DNA of 56,441 nucleotides, the filler included, from Platydemus manokwari (lineage: Eukaryota), in the NCBI GenBank assembly GCA_037951405.1. It is 3 parts of 3 records of this genome, joined end to end, with 100 filler letters (N's around TTAATTAATTAA, not from the genome) between each part and the next. Parts side by side here need not be neighbours in the genome. Positions count along the whole stretch, not along the records: positions 12,828 to 35,045 come from JBBMOY011278094.1; positions 35,146 to 56,441 come from JBBMOY011400312.1; 1 more part is not named here. The stretch is one strand, 5' to 3'. The notes beneath the pieces were generated by a model. The model did not search any database and had not been told where the DNA came from. It worked only from the letters and a program-made list of their open reading frames with translations. Below are positions 25,861 through 39,550 of the stretch, piece by piece; the first letter of the stretch is position 1; every line of letters begins with the position of its first letter. The position numbers were made by a program, and so were the translations under genes.

Positions 25861-26218
25861 AATCGTTATTTAACCAACCTTTTTACTTGCTTAGTTAATT
25901 CTTCGGTTACCGTATCTAGATCAACAGTCGAGATTCTGCTTTGATTTTTCGAATAAACTATTTTGTCATTCATTTCTTTTATTTCTTTTGAATTTTTCTC
26001 TTCACGTTTTTGCAATTCTCCAATAATAATCTAAAATAATCGATAACAGAAAAAAACTACAAAATATTTTACATCTGTTTTTTCTTCATACATTTTCATT
26101 TTTTCCTTTAAATCGATATTTTCAAATCTTAAATTATTGAAATCTATTTTACTGGTTTGATTGTCATTTTGCAATATGTTTATCGATTCCATTAACAATT
26201 TCGTATGAGAATAAATTT
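25861..26218 (-). pseudogene. Isolated near-identical fragment of TRAF-A (end of exon 1, intron 1, exon 2, part of intron 2)
   Basis: Matches 22499-22857 with about 4 differences by eye; retains the 42-nt intron. Confidence 0.92.
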
Positions 26219-29200
26219 GTAATTTTGACAGAGTATCATATCATAGATCAAATTCTATTAGAGTTCAAGTAGAAGAGTTCGTAGGTAAAAAGAGAATCTT
26301 TATTTTTTATTGTGCCAATTCGAGCAATGCGTAATTAATTATGATAAATGCAATTGGTAGACCATCAAAAATAGATGCTGAATATTATGTAGCAGACTTT
26401 TAAATAGGAAAATTAAAAATAGTCACCGAAATTAGACTGTCAGCAAAAAGAGGTTATATAATGAGAGAATCTATTGAATGATATAAAATTTTCGCACAAA
26501 ATTTTCAAAAAAGCTTTAGTAATAGAATAATTATACAGTTGGAAGGTAAATTATATTCTATTAATACGAATAAATAGCATTCTTAATGAAAAATTTAGCT
26601 GAAACATAATTCGAAATTATCGTTGATTAATTTTATAACAAATGTCATTTGTTATCGTTATAATAAAATATGCCTCATTGTAGTTGTAGAGAGTTTTTGC
26701 TGTTTCCATGTCTAACTTATTAGTTTTTACTATTTTTCCTTCTATACGCAGGGTAGTTCAATAATCTAAATGAATGACTTTATTTTTACTTTTCCTATGT
26801 TTATCTGTAATTTTCAGCTGAGAAAAACCAGTCTGTTTATTGCTAACATTCATTGGTTACTCTTTTTCGCTATTTATTTTCAAATTATCATATTTATTAG
26901 AATTTTAGTTTTCTTGTTTATTTTAATATTATTCTTTGTTATCATTATTTATTTATTTTTATTATTTCTCATTATAAACCAATTACCATTCCTCATTTTC
27001 TAGTTAAAAATTAAACATTTTCATTCAACGACCAACTATTAAAGTTTTATGTTTATTTACTTTAAATTAAAAAAATATATAATTTTACTTCCTAATTTTA
27101 TTTTTGTTTTATTTATTTTTAATAATTATAATTTTATTTTAACAATCATAATATTCTTTCAGCATTATTTAATGATTTTTATCCTTAAGAAAATCAAGTT
27201 TAGTTTGTATTAATTTATTTTATTTAAAAGTTCTCAATGACTTTATATTTGTTTATTATTTTTATTTTCTGGGATCCTCAGATTTTTATAATTTATTTGT
27301 TTTTTTCACTATACATTTCAATATCTACTTTCTTCTTTTCTCCTGGATCTTATTGGGGGTATCTTGCTGATTCTTCATTTTTACCTTCTAATTCAACCCT
27401 CAAAAACATTCTTCGTGGCTTTTAAAAAGAAGCTATTATTAAATTAATCTCCAAATATCTTTTTCTAAATCACTTTTGTACGTTATTCTTAAAGCTGTAC
27501 TAAATTAATGAAATCGTTCAACTACAATTTGTGAGAAAATTCGGTTATACCTTTCAGATTTAAAAGTGGAAATAAAATATGCTTGGTATGACGTCATATA
27601 TTCTTAATAAGTGATTTCTTCTGTCTTGATTGATAACATTTTAATGTTAAATTAATTTACAAATTTATGTATTATCTGTTTCCGTCGCAACAGTCGATTT
27701 ATCATTCTTCATCAGAAAAGAGTTTGATTTAAAATTTGAGTTAAATAAGGATTTGAAACGATTTGCAACAAAATTTCATAAACGAATAATTTAATTCTTT
27801 TTTCAATCATTTTTCATTGAAAACGATTAAATGTTATTATTAATGGAAAGTTTAGAAAATTTACAGAAAGATCAAGCAAAAGTGTTCTTATAAGAAGAAA
27901 TAACGGCCAACGTTTGAAATTATTCAAAATCCACGAATTGAAACCTTTGAATGAAGAATACAAAGGTTTACACATTCTTTAATCTCAGACCGTAAAACAG
28001 TGGCCAACCGCAATTCTTCAAATTACCAAGTTTGTATATCAACATTGGATATGCCCTCAGAAAACTACGAAAGTCGAAATAAGTCAATGATATAAGATAT
28101 TGAAGGAAATCTATCAAGTAAATACTAAGTATTAATTTTTGAGAACAACTAATAAAAATTTTATGGTGATTACATTGTTAGGGTTTCAATATCGATAGTA
28201 GAGTTATCATGACAAATACTTATTAGTAGAATAAATAAAATGTACTAATTACATTTGGCTCGTAGTTAAATAGAAATATGTATGAAAATATAAATTGAAA
28301 TTGTTTAATAAAGATGTTAAATTATTTGTGTCGATTCGAGAAATCTAGTATTTGTGTTTAAATTCGAGCTAAAAATTGCCTCGTAATGCAATAATTGGTA
28401 CATAATAACTTTGTAATTTGTCACTTCATTTCGCAAGAATACGTTTTTAGATTTTAGTACGAATTATGATTGTACGTGCTAAGTTATATCTGACTTTTTA
28501 GCCTAAATGCCTTGCGGTGTGTATTGCTTCTTTCCACATTCTGAGCCTAATTTGATTAACTTAGTAAGCCAGTTTTTAAATTTTAAAATCATCTACTAGT
28601 TTTGGTGTCTTATATAGCTAATATTGCTACTTGAAATTGTAGTAATTGCACGGTTAATGAAAATGGATTAGTGTTCACATTTGATTTTGAAGTCTATTAA
28701 ACAAAATGAAAAATAAATCATTTAATCAGAAAATTTTGTTTGTTTAAATTTTAAATAATATTTATAATTTGTTTTCAATCCGTACTTAATATAATGGTAG
28801 CTACTCACAATGACAATATTTAATTGATTATCGTGTGCAATTAATTATTTTGATTTATCCATTTATCTTAACGCGCTATACACAGATGGATTGCATCCCT
28901 TAAACCTTTTGAATTGATTATGTTATTAACTTTCATATTTTGAGCAATTACTTTTTATTATGTTGCGATTGTAGTTTAATTTATCCTTTTTTATGTGATC
29001 GATATTTGAGAGTTTATAAATTTTAGGAAAAAATAGACTAAATGCAATTCGCTGTCATCCAGTTTTAAAGACACAGAAAGCATAATGGCTAAAAATAAGA
29101 ATTCGGTGAACTTATGTATTGATCGATCGGAATTTCAAAGAGCTCAAATATTTACGAACTGATTCGGCCGGAGGAAATGAAAATACTTTAGTGAATATCA

Positions 29201-30154
29201 ATCCAAATTAACCTGTGAATAAATCGACCTGAATTAACTATGTTGACTGTGATAATTATTCAGGATAAATACTTACGCATATGATTTTTTTTCCTAAATA
29301 TAGCAATCTTCTAAATATCTCGTGTCTTTTCGATTTCATTTTTCAATTTCTGATCGAATTCTTTATTTTTATTTGAATCTTTTACATTATTGCAATTGAG
29401 TTCTTAATAAATTTTTATCAATAATTTAAGTTTATTAGATTTATAAAGACTCATCGGAAGATTTACTTTATTCTGAGTCCAGTGGTATTTTGATATTACA
29501 TTGTTTCATTTAAGAATAATAGAGTTTTATATCAAATAATCAAATGTTTATGGAATAATTTTATAACTTGTTACTCGATTTAATAACAGCATAATGCGTT
29601 TATTGCTGCTTCAATGTTTTTGTTTTCATATTAATATTAAATTATTTTTAAAAATTAATTTTGTTTAATTAAATCAAAAAAATATGAATGGGATTTTTTA
29701 TTTAACATCCATTACCGTGATGATTATTTACCAATTACAGTTTTTATTTTTGAATAAATTAATATTTTTATGATTGAATTATGAATTCTATTTTGATAAT
29801 TTAGATGGACTTTTTGGTTTTGCATTTGATTTGTATTGATTCGATATAAATTAGTTATCGTGACATTCATCTTTATCATTTAATATAATCTTTCAGAAAA
29901 CTTGTTTATACTAACATTGTGTATTTATCGATTTCATCAAGTTTTCAATGAAAAAATCAAGATAAAAGTTTCCATAGCAACATTTTATGAAAATTAAATT
30001 AAATTATTTCAGATAAGATGAAGAACATTTCGAATACATCAGAAAATTATCGATTGAGAAATCATAAATTTTAACTTTATCTGTATCAAATAATCTGAAT
30101 TTATTTGCCAAGATTTTTCAATTTTCATTCAATAAAATCGATTCAGATAACTCA

Positions 30155-32170
30155 TTAATTATTCAAATCATCGGTTGACCAATGAAAATTAGTGGCAAAA
30201 GATTCTGTGAGTGATGAAGAACGTTTTCTATAGCGTTTCGGGATTCGTTTGACAGAGAATTTGATAAAGACTTGATCGCTCAAGCACAGTGCTGGATTGC
30301 TCGATATTTCTGCCATCTTTATAAATCGATAGAAACCATTTCCTATATTTTTCTCACTTGTTGGCTTCATCCACGCTGTGCGATCTGCACATGAGAAATA
30401 TCTCAGCGTCATTGTCTTATGTGCAAGGCCAGTGCATTGATTGATTAACGAAAACTCTACCTCATGTTTGAATGGCCATTCGAGAACATTATCGAATAGC
30501 CCTCTCATGATGAAAAAAAAAATCGATAAATGAGTTCTTTTACCACGGCGAAAACCATATGGATGTAATTCGAGAAACATTTTATAGCCATTTTTCTGAG
30601 AGAAGAAACAATCGCTACGAATTGATTTGCTGAAGCCATTCTGTACTTGCCATCTTGTGTCTGCCCATTTATCGATTTTCCAAATGAATGCCTCACATCT
30701 ATTAAAAAAATCTCGCAACTCGATTGACTGATTAAATAAATCTTCAATTTCATTTTTCATTTCATCAATCGATCGATTTGTTTCCTTGGTTTCTGTTTCA
30801 ATTTTATTACTTTTCTGCAAGATCTCATTCAATTTAATCTCGACATCCTGATAGAAAATCGCGATAAATTATTGATTAATTATAAAATTTACTTTTTGAT
30901 TTTCACATCTCGCTATTATCGTATCGATTTGCTGTTTGAATTGATTGATTTCTGGATTTTGATTGTCGAATTTCTTGATAAATGAAATCTGCACACAAAT
31001 ACGCCAAATATATCGATTATTTAAAAACCATTTTAACTGCCTTACCATTTCATCATTTACAGTTCCAAGCTTTGTTGACAGGTTTCTGTCCTGATTATTT
31101 AAATAATCTATTACTTCATTAAATTCGTTTATTTCAATAAAATTACTATCTTCTCGCTTCTGCAAATCTTGAATATTTTTCTGAAAAAATCAAAAAAAAG
31201 CTGAATTCAGGACAAAAATTCATTTAAAAGTTTACATCCGATTTTCCTTCATAAATGTTTATTCTGTCTTGTAAATCGATATTTTCTAATCTCAATTTAT
31301 CGAAGTCTCTTTTGATAGTTTGATTATCATTTTGTAATTCTCTGACCTAGATATATGCACAAAACATCATTCGATGATCTAAACAGCCTTTTTACTTGTT
31401 TAGTTAATTCTTCAGTTACCGTTTCTAGCTTTGCAGTCGATATTTTCAAACAAACCATTTCGTCATTTAATTCTTTTATTTCTTTTGAATTTTTTTCTTC
31501 ACATTTTTGCAATTCTCCATTAATAATCTTAAATAATCAATAATTGAAAATTACTATAAAAATATCTCACATTGGTTTTATCTTCATAATTTTGCATTTT
31601 TTCTTTTAAATCCATATTTTCCAATCTTAAATTATTGAAATCTATTTTACTGGTTTGATTGTCATTTTGTAATACGTTTATCGATTCCATCAATAATTTT
31701 GTATGAGAATAGATTTTCGTCAAAAGATGCTCATCAATTTCATTAACCGATAATTTCTCATTCTCACATCCAATCATTTTAAACGGACAACTCATTGGTT
31801 TCTCATTACAAACCCGTAAATGATTTTCAATCGTTTTCAAAATAATTTTTGTCTTGCAAGTCAATATTGGACAATTTACTTCTTTTCTTGATATTTTATT
31901 GTCCATCGCACAATCACGATGTACATTAGCATCAATTTGTATGATCTCATCTTTGCAATAATCTGATTGTCCTGGACAAAAGGTTTTCCCGTCTTTTAAA
32001 TATTCTTCAATGCAAACTTTACAATATCTACAACTACAAGGTCCAGCATAAGTATTAATCAATATTCTCCTACAAATCGTGCAATAACAATCGTCATTTA
32101 TTTCTTCAATGAATTCCAGATCGTATTGCTTCATAATTTGCCACATATTTTCGAATTTTTTGCTCTCCAT
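30155..32170 (-). CDS. traf: TRAF-family gene B, intact, ~588 aa (RING, TRAF ZnF, extended coiled coil, MATH)
   Basis: Predicted exons 32170-31571, 31527-31396, 31346-31236, 31180-31046, 30988-30893, 30847-30155; phase-0 GT-AG introns of 43-57 nt; open throughout. RING CTIC...PCSCRYCKVC...CPGQSDYC; MATH FIWKI...NGYKMFL...GKRTHLSIF...MRG..D..LEWPF. Confidence 0.92.
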
Positions 32171-33069
32171 TTCAGTGTTTAATCTAAAATTTATCACAAA
32201 AATAATCTCAAAAATAAAGCCGATTAAATTGTCTAATAAAAATATTTTCATTGAGAATTCATTTCAAACATTCAGATCTTTCACCGAGAGTGAAAATCAA
32301 AATGTTTGAGCTTTTGACTAATTTGTTTCATTCATTAACTAAGACAAAAACATTTTACAAATAAAATTAATCTTATTACTGATTTAGATAAAGTAAATAA
32401 TCAATTAATAAATCTAAAAAAAAATACATCGGTAAAATTTTTAATGTGAGATCTTACATTTAATTATTTGCTTTTCAATAAATCGGAATAATTTGAATAT
32501 ATATCTTTGTAATATCAGTGCTTTTGACGTAGATAAACAAATTAATAAATATGACTGCATTAATTGATATGATTTATAATGATTCAATTCAAAATGAAAG
32601 TCGATCAATATGCTACAATTTATTTTTTTTGTCACAGGCTTTTAAAAATTATGTTGACGGTCACTTGCGTCTATAATCGTCAATTTCGAACTTCATTTGT
32701 TCCTACTGTCCGTCAATGTGTTAAAAATGATTTTAAAGAAATTTCGACTTGATATTTCTAAAATACAATGGTAATAGTATTTTATTCTTTTTAAAGATGA
32801 ATACGAAAATTAAATTTGTTGACACTGAATTTCGAATGAGTACTGGATGAAATATCACAAAAGAAAGCTAGTTATCATCTTGGAATCCTCATTCAACATG
32901 TCCATGCCTACATAACCATACAGACATCGGAATCAGCCAAACAGACATTATTTAGGTTAAAAATTCTAATTTAATTTACACAATAACAGACAGGGATTAA
33001 CTAATCCAGAGTAAACAAAATCAATAAATTTAATTAGAACTTGAGAAATAAAAGTTCAAATAAAAACAT

Positions 33070-33955
33070 GATATACAAATCGCAAGTATAAATACTGATG
33101 CAAAGATGTCCAACCGCCTATTGAATGTAGAGTTTTGTACTGTTATCATGAATTAGTTTATTAAGTATTTTATTTAGTTGTAGAGTAATTTCTGTATACA
33201 CTGATTAGTATTTTTCAGTTGTACAATTCTTTTTGAGAACAACAATTTGTGGTCAGTTTTATATCGGAAAAAAACTTAACTTAAGATAATCAATATCCGA
33301 TTAACCAAATTTCTAAAGTTCAACAACAAGTTTAACTTAAGATCAGATTCCAGGTAGATTTTATCTCCTGTCAGAAACTACTATTGAAACAATCCAGTAG
33401 AGATCTGGTCGATTTCCTTGAATTCATGACATATTATTTATGTATACTTCTGTTCACGGGTAATTATCCAACAACTATCTCTACTTAAAAAGTGCAGCCA
33501 GTGAAAGATCATGAAAACACTATATCGACTCGAATGATTCGGCATAAATTTTTCTACAGGTTATAAAAAGTTAGTGAAACAGTTGATGATTTTGTGTAAC
33601 ACTTTTTGACCGAAAAGAAACAAACCAGAAAAGTTGTGGAGGATAAATTTTTTCTAAAGATTTTATGATCCAATAAATACATTGCTAAGCCTCGCTGATT
33701 ATTTGGATTACGATGAACATATGAAAATGGCCACAAGAGTGGAAATGAATTCCACATTCATAACTCGCTAATCAATTATCTTGCTACAGAAATAGATATG
33801 TCATCGAAAGGCCATCATTCACTAAATCTATCGACGACATTAAGCCGAAATCCACACGATCATTTACTAAATTGCGCTAATTATTTGTAACTGGCTCTCC
33901 AAAGAAGCAAAAAATAGTCACATGCTTAAAATGTAACCGGATTGGGCAGTATGCT
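33070..33955 (+). mobile_element. Copy 3 of family X (co-duplicated with TRAF-B), truncated at the zinc knuckle
   Basis: Colinear with 23900-24760; ends SPKKQKIVTCLKCNRIGQYA. Confidence 0.7.
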
Positions 33956-33999
33956 TTTGGGGTTCTGGCCCAACAAGTCAATTAAAACAATTAATATAC

Positions 34000-35031
34000 T
34001 GTTGGGGTATAACATGAACCATGGATAAATTATATGTTGGGAGAATAGAATAACACATGATAATAATACATGATAATAATATATAATTAAAGTTACTCAA
34101 CAACCTAATAATTTGTTAATGGAAAATATTAAGATTAATCATTAATAAGAATAGATTCGAATAAAATAAAAAATTATCCTAAAAATAAATTTAGATTATA
34201 TAAATTATGCTAAAAATAAAATCAAATTAAAAATGGTAATTAATAAATAAATAAATGGAATCACTGAAAATTAAAGATAAAAAAGGGAATAAATAGATAA
34301 ATAAATGGAAAATTAATTTAAAAATAGAAATAATAAACAACAAAAATAAACTACGAAAAATGAATTAATAGAGGAAAAAGTATAAAGACAAGTGAAAAAA
34401 TTGAGAAGACCAGAATTTTTCTAATAAAAAGAAAACGAATCTTTCAACTAATAAAAAATCAAATCAATCATTACTGTCAACTGTTATCTCAAAAAAGAAA
34501 TCAGTTCAATTAGTAAAGAGGAAATTAATCATCATTACTGCCAACCATTATCTTGAAAAGGAAATCGGTTCAATTAGTAAAGAGGAAATCAATCATCATT
34601 ACTGCCAACTATTATCTCAAAGAGAAAATCAAGGAAGCAAATTATTTCGAGACCGAGCAATTGAACTATTATATAAATACACGGAAATAACAAAGAAAAA
34701 AGGAGAAGAAAGAAGAATCTATACAATTCTAAGGCATACGTCCAGCTCATCTTTTTATTCAAGAGTAATACTTCAGAAAGCCATAAAATAGTAAGCTTTA
34801 TACGATAATACCTTTCTCGTAAAGTAAAATTATTGTTTAAAAATCTTTTATAAATTAACTGTTCTCTTTAATTGAAATACGTTCAGTTTATTAAGCATCA
34901 TTATATATTCGATATCAATGAAATATGTATTATTTTTTGAACATTTACTATCAGTAAATCAGTGTTAAATTTTAATACAACTTAACTTCCACCAACAACT
35001 CGATTCTGTTGTTCTGGTGGCCCTAATTTCA
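34000..35031 (+). mobile_element. Solo-LTR-like element
   Basis: Starts TGTTGGGG and ends CCCTAATTTCA; A-rich 5' part, 64-bp tandem array, TATATAAATA ~34670; 3' part shared with 13618-14080. No target-site duplication recognised. Confidence 0.5.
34462..34630. repeat. Tandem array of ~64-bp unit, about 2.6 copies
   Basis: AATCATCATTACTGCCAAC.ATTATCT...GAAATC.GTTCAATTAGTAAAGAGGAAAT starting near 34462, 34527 and 34591. Confidence 0.9.
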
Positions 35032-35045
35032 TAATTAAATTAATA

Positions 35046-35145
35046 NNNNNNNNNNNNNNNNNNNNNNNNNNNNNNNNNNNNNNNNNNNNTTAATTAATTA
35101 ANNNNNNNNNNNNNNNNNNNNNNNNNNNNNNNNNNNNNNNNNNNN
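35046..35145. other. Assembly gap with artificial six-frame stop linker
   Basis: 44 N + TTAATTAATTAA (35090-35101) + 44 N. Confidence 0.97.

Positions 35146-35218
<73 letters not shown>
35146..35218. repeat. (TAT)n microsatellite
   Basis: About 24 perfect TAT units abutting the gap. Confidence 0.97.
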
Positions 35219-35220
<2 letters not shown>

Positions 35221-38200
35221 ATTTTTTTCATATTTTAATGCGTACATTTGAATTTCATAAATTTCAAAACCTCCTTCGGTGTTCAACTAGTCATCCTTAT
35301 ATTTATCGCGACGGATATGTTTGTTATTTATAGAAAATTTCTGAAATATATTGTAGAGATCATTTAACGGGTATTTACTTATTTATTAAATTTCAAACTT
35401 ATAAATGTGGTTTTTTTCAAATCTGGAAACGCTGGAATTTGTTGTCATTTTACTTACATTTGTTTCATTTTCATTGGACAGCTTTTTTGTTCAAAATATT
35501 TATTTAAATGATAAAAATATTGATTAAGAAAATTTTTTCTCATTAAACTAATTTTCACTATCATTCTCTCGTAAGATCTCATCAGTCGAAGAAAAATATG
35601 TTGTTAAGTAAGCTTTTTATTCAATAGTGCTGGCTTTAGCTTGATGACGCACTAAGATGAATTTAAGACAACATTCAAATTACTTAATTAGTTACAAGGG
35701 AAAAATTTAGAGCAAAAAGAATCTTGATAATTCTCATTTTCAATATCAATTCTTTATATGTCTGTTTTGGAACTTCCCTTTCTCTTTCAAGTATTTATGG
35801 CCAATGTAATAAAATTATCATGAATATTCCTATCCTCATAACACCACACATCAAATTTCTGTTTTCCACTACAATTTGACGTTATTCAAATCTGTAAATC
35901 AATTTTACACTTCTGTTAAGTCCAAAAAACTCATTAATGAAAATCAATTTAATAAACTCGGAAAATATTTAAAATTCATCGATAAAAATCTTTAAACCGC
36001 TACGAGTCGAAAAAAACAGAAGTTATTATTAAACATAATTGGAACTTCTTAATCAAATCTGGAAGGAAATCGTAAAATTTAATATAATGCCAGAAGTAGA
36101 AAAGAGAGAGGGAGAAAATTAAGAAATTAGAATGTTAATAAATGTTAGTAACGTCAATATTCACTGCTAGAAGTGTCAGTTTCAGATAAATATACAAGAA
36201 GCCAGAATCAATACTGTGAGCTTATAATATTGCTAAAGTGAAATCTCAGGTAGCGGAGACTTTGCATGACAAGTATAATTGGTAAAGATTGTGTGTGTTT
36301 GTAATAGATTATGGCATCAGATGCTATGTTATCTTATATGTTTCTTATCGGCTATATCAATTTAGCACTGGATTCTATTCATTCTTAATTTGAGTCAACG
36401 TACTAACTTGACTAGAAAATGAGTTAGATAAATTTAAGAGAATAAGTTAGGATTATCAGCTATTCTATATTGAATACCATAAAACGGATTTTATTGTTAG
36501 ATTTTTCGAAATTTTTGATAATTCAGATTTTTTAATAAATTTTGTTTTCATTCCGACTCCACAGCTCTGTTTCTAATATAAATTATTTTAGAAATATTAG
36601 ACAGTTAAATAAATTTATTCGAATAAATAAATGATTTTAAATCTAAAACAAAAATCATGCGGAATTCTGACGAAGTTTAATCAATTCTTAAAAATAAAAG
36701 GTTAGAACATGAATAAAACGAAAGAAGTACAAAAATAATTATAAAACAATTTATATGTACTCTATTATCAATTTAAAAATTGGCTTTCCAAATGCAGTTC
36801 AAAATCAATTAGTTGTCAATGCGATAAAAGTCTGAACAATTTTTTCATTAAAAAAATCTCAGCTGAAATTTTCGTTGATGAAATTTTTAAAATATTTAAT
36901 ATACGCAAAAAAATATGAATTTTAAATATGTGGTTTAATTATAAATATCAAATATTTTAATGAGTAGAAAATACAATATTCGCGATAATTTGTTAAACAT
37001 GAATTTGAAAAAGGATTAACAAAATTCAAGTATGGAAGTAATGAATTAGCAGATGAATTTTATAGGAAGTTAATATTAAATCAAAAAAATTAAATTAGTT
37101 CCAAACAATATAAGAAACTAATAAAGCAAATAAATTGATGACACACGAAAACTAAGTAAATAACACAATCAATATGAAAAAAACCAAAATTAAAAAAACC
37201 AGGGTATTACCGAATCAGTTTACGTTCACCCAGTTATTTAGAATTATAATTTAACAGCGAGACCAGATAATATACGTTCAATGTTCATGGTATAGGCTCA
37301 AATTCGTTATTCTTGTCACAATTTGAAATAAATATAAAAAATAAAGGTGCATTTAGTCATCATGACAAGTGTTGATTATGAATATTATACCTCAAAGAAA
37401 TCGAATCAGTGTAAATCATTTTGTGGGAACAGTGGAGAAAGAAAGCACTTGTAATACCGGGTGTATTGAATTTGCTTACAAAAGTATTTTTAAACAGTAA
37501 TTTATAAACTTTATTCAACTTCAGTAAAGTTAAGATTTTGAATTTGAATTTATGACAATAGTTGATATAAATAATTTTAGAAATCCAAGTTAGCCCACCC
37601 AATTCCCATACTTAATAAAAAATTTTAGTTTAAATAAAATTTTAAACTTTATTTAAAGAAAAATCAACAAAGTTTTTATTGTCCCATTTTTACGATCATA
37701 TTTTATCAAATATTTCTTTTCATTTGAATTTAAATTATTTCTTGCACATCAATCGTTTAAACACAATTTCATTTGATCTTAATAATTACATAAAATAACA
37801 ATATTAGTTTAATTATTAGTTACTTCTTAATTATAATAATATTACTAATATTTTAATTAGTACTGCATTTAATTAAAAGATTATTTTAGTAAAGACTGAG
37901 TCTAAAAATGTACAGTGTTAGTTTACGAATTATAGGATAAATGGTAAACATAATTTTGACCCAATCTATAATAATGGGATTGGTTTTGTATTTATACAAA
38001 GGCTGAAAACCAAACAGAATTATTAATTATTTTCTCAATTGCTTTGTTTCCTAGTTAGAACTGGCAGAATATTTAAAGTGGCAATTAAAATTTGAAAGTG
38101 AATTTAAAATTATAATCCACGAGTTCTTTGATGGAGCTTTTATTGATTGTTCGTCCAAGGTAATAAATTTATCATTTTCATTGAACAACTAGCAATAATA

Positions 38201-38779
38201 ATTTAAATAAATATTATTAATAAGTTCTTACTGGTGAATTTATTATAAATTAAATTTTGCGATGATAGATTACATTGTGCCTATCTTCTAGTCAATGAAT
38301 TTTAATTGTCGCCGTTGTGGTGCACCCGCCCATGTCGATTTTATATTCCTATTGAGTTATTTTTCTTTCAATGTATCTCATCATTGAAGTTTCTTTCAGA
38401 ATGTTTTAATCATCTTAATAAACATTATGTTTTGTTTGACACACCTCAAACTCAATGAATTCTATTTTTCCTACTCACTAATTTTCTAACTTTTTATTGT
38501 ACTGAGATGAAAACAAGAACAAATCCTTATTTTTCTAAAATTTGTTTGATAAAATATTGAATTCAAGATTCTGATTTACAATAGTTTTCAAAATAGAACT
38601 TCGTCCAAATATTTCTGTTGCAGCTATCAGATCAAGAACTCCGAGATGTCTAAGTATTACATTGTTTTATTTTTTTATCGGTATTTCGTACGCTTTTCTC
38701 ATGAATTAATTATTATTATTTTTGCTATTTTTTGCATTTTTATTATCTTATTATTTTTGTTATTTTTTATTAGTTATTA

Positions 38780-39550
38780 TTATCTAATACCACGAGCTTA
38801 TTTGTAATTGAATTGGGTTGGGCTCCAACAAAACTGAGGACTGATCAATTAGATGAGTTTTATCGTATAGGTCAATGGTATGTGAACAGTGCGATTTACA
38901 AATATTTTGACCAAGGAAATCATCCTTAAAATGGATGATAAATTTATGGTCAGCCAAATGTTCCTTCTTATAATACAATAGTGATTTTCGTGACTCTTAA
39001 GAGTTCTAGAAGCATATGTGACTACTCACTCTTTTTCATTACTATCTATTTTTTCCAAATAAATGTAAATATATTGTTTTATTGTATTTTTTATTGTTGA
39101 ATCCAATATAAAAGATTCTTTGAGCTTGCTGGTTTGCAGTCCATGCAAAACAAATAATCCAGTGATTTCCTCTATTGATATCTTCAAAATTTCTGTGACT
39201 AGTTTGCTTACATGAAGCTCGTAGTTTCTGATTTTTCACCGACCAGTTATATAAGTGCTGACAACTCTTTAAATTTGTAACGCAGATATCGACTGCTCAT
39301 TTTCAACAACCTCCTGCCAGTAAGATGCCAACATGACGTCATAACTTTATTAATAAAAAAGAAAACCCGTTTATTTAAGCGAACTTCTCAGATATTATCT
39401 AACTATAAGAAACCTCCTCTCAAATTGCAGGTTCCAAGTCGGATCACCAAGCAGAGATGCCATTTATCCATTCAATATAACCTAGACGAATAGAGTGGTT
39501 AAAACCTTGGGACATGTCTTAAAATGTTGCTAGTAATGCACTTGTTTAAA
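38780..39550 (-). mobile_element. Decayed hAT-superfamily transposase remnant
   Basis: SHCSHTIDLY (ORF 38784-38978) resembles hAT HC.AH.LNL; SQGFNH near 39500 resembles TTF-finger GF.NW; DNA similarity to 52545-52620 (TGGTCAG.CAAA.GTTC; GACT.TTAAGAGTT.TAGAAGCATATG). Confidence 0.45.

Noticed and set aside
26770-27425. Hydrophobic Phe/Ile/Leu-rich short ORFs (also 5211-5591, 11076-11258, 24882-25082, 47003-47227)
   Set aside because: Expected from T-rich low-complexity DNA or the antisense of TE remnants; no family motif.
34462-34630. Regularly spaced repeats resembling a CRISPR array (also 4760-4918)
   Set aside because: Whole units repeat with no unique spacers; eukaryotic context and no cas genes.
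35098-35286. Poly-Ile ORF
   Set aside because: Translation of the (TAT)n microsatellite and gap.
39042-39239. NRGNHWII as a Ulp1 protease motif
   Set aside because: No downstream D or Q-x-C catalytic motifs; the surrounding sequence fits a hAT transposase better.
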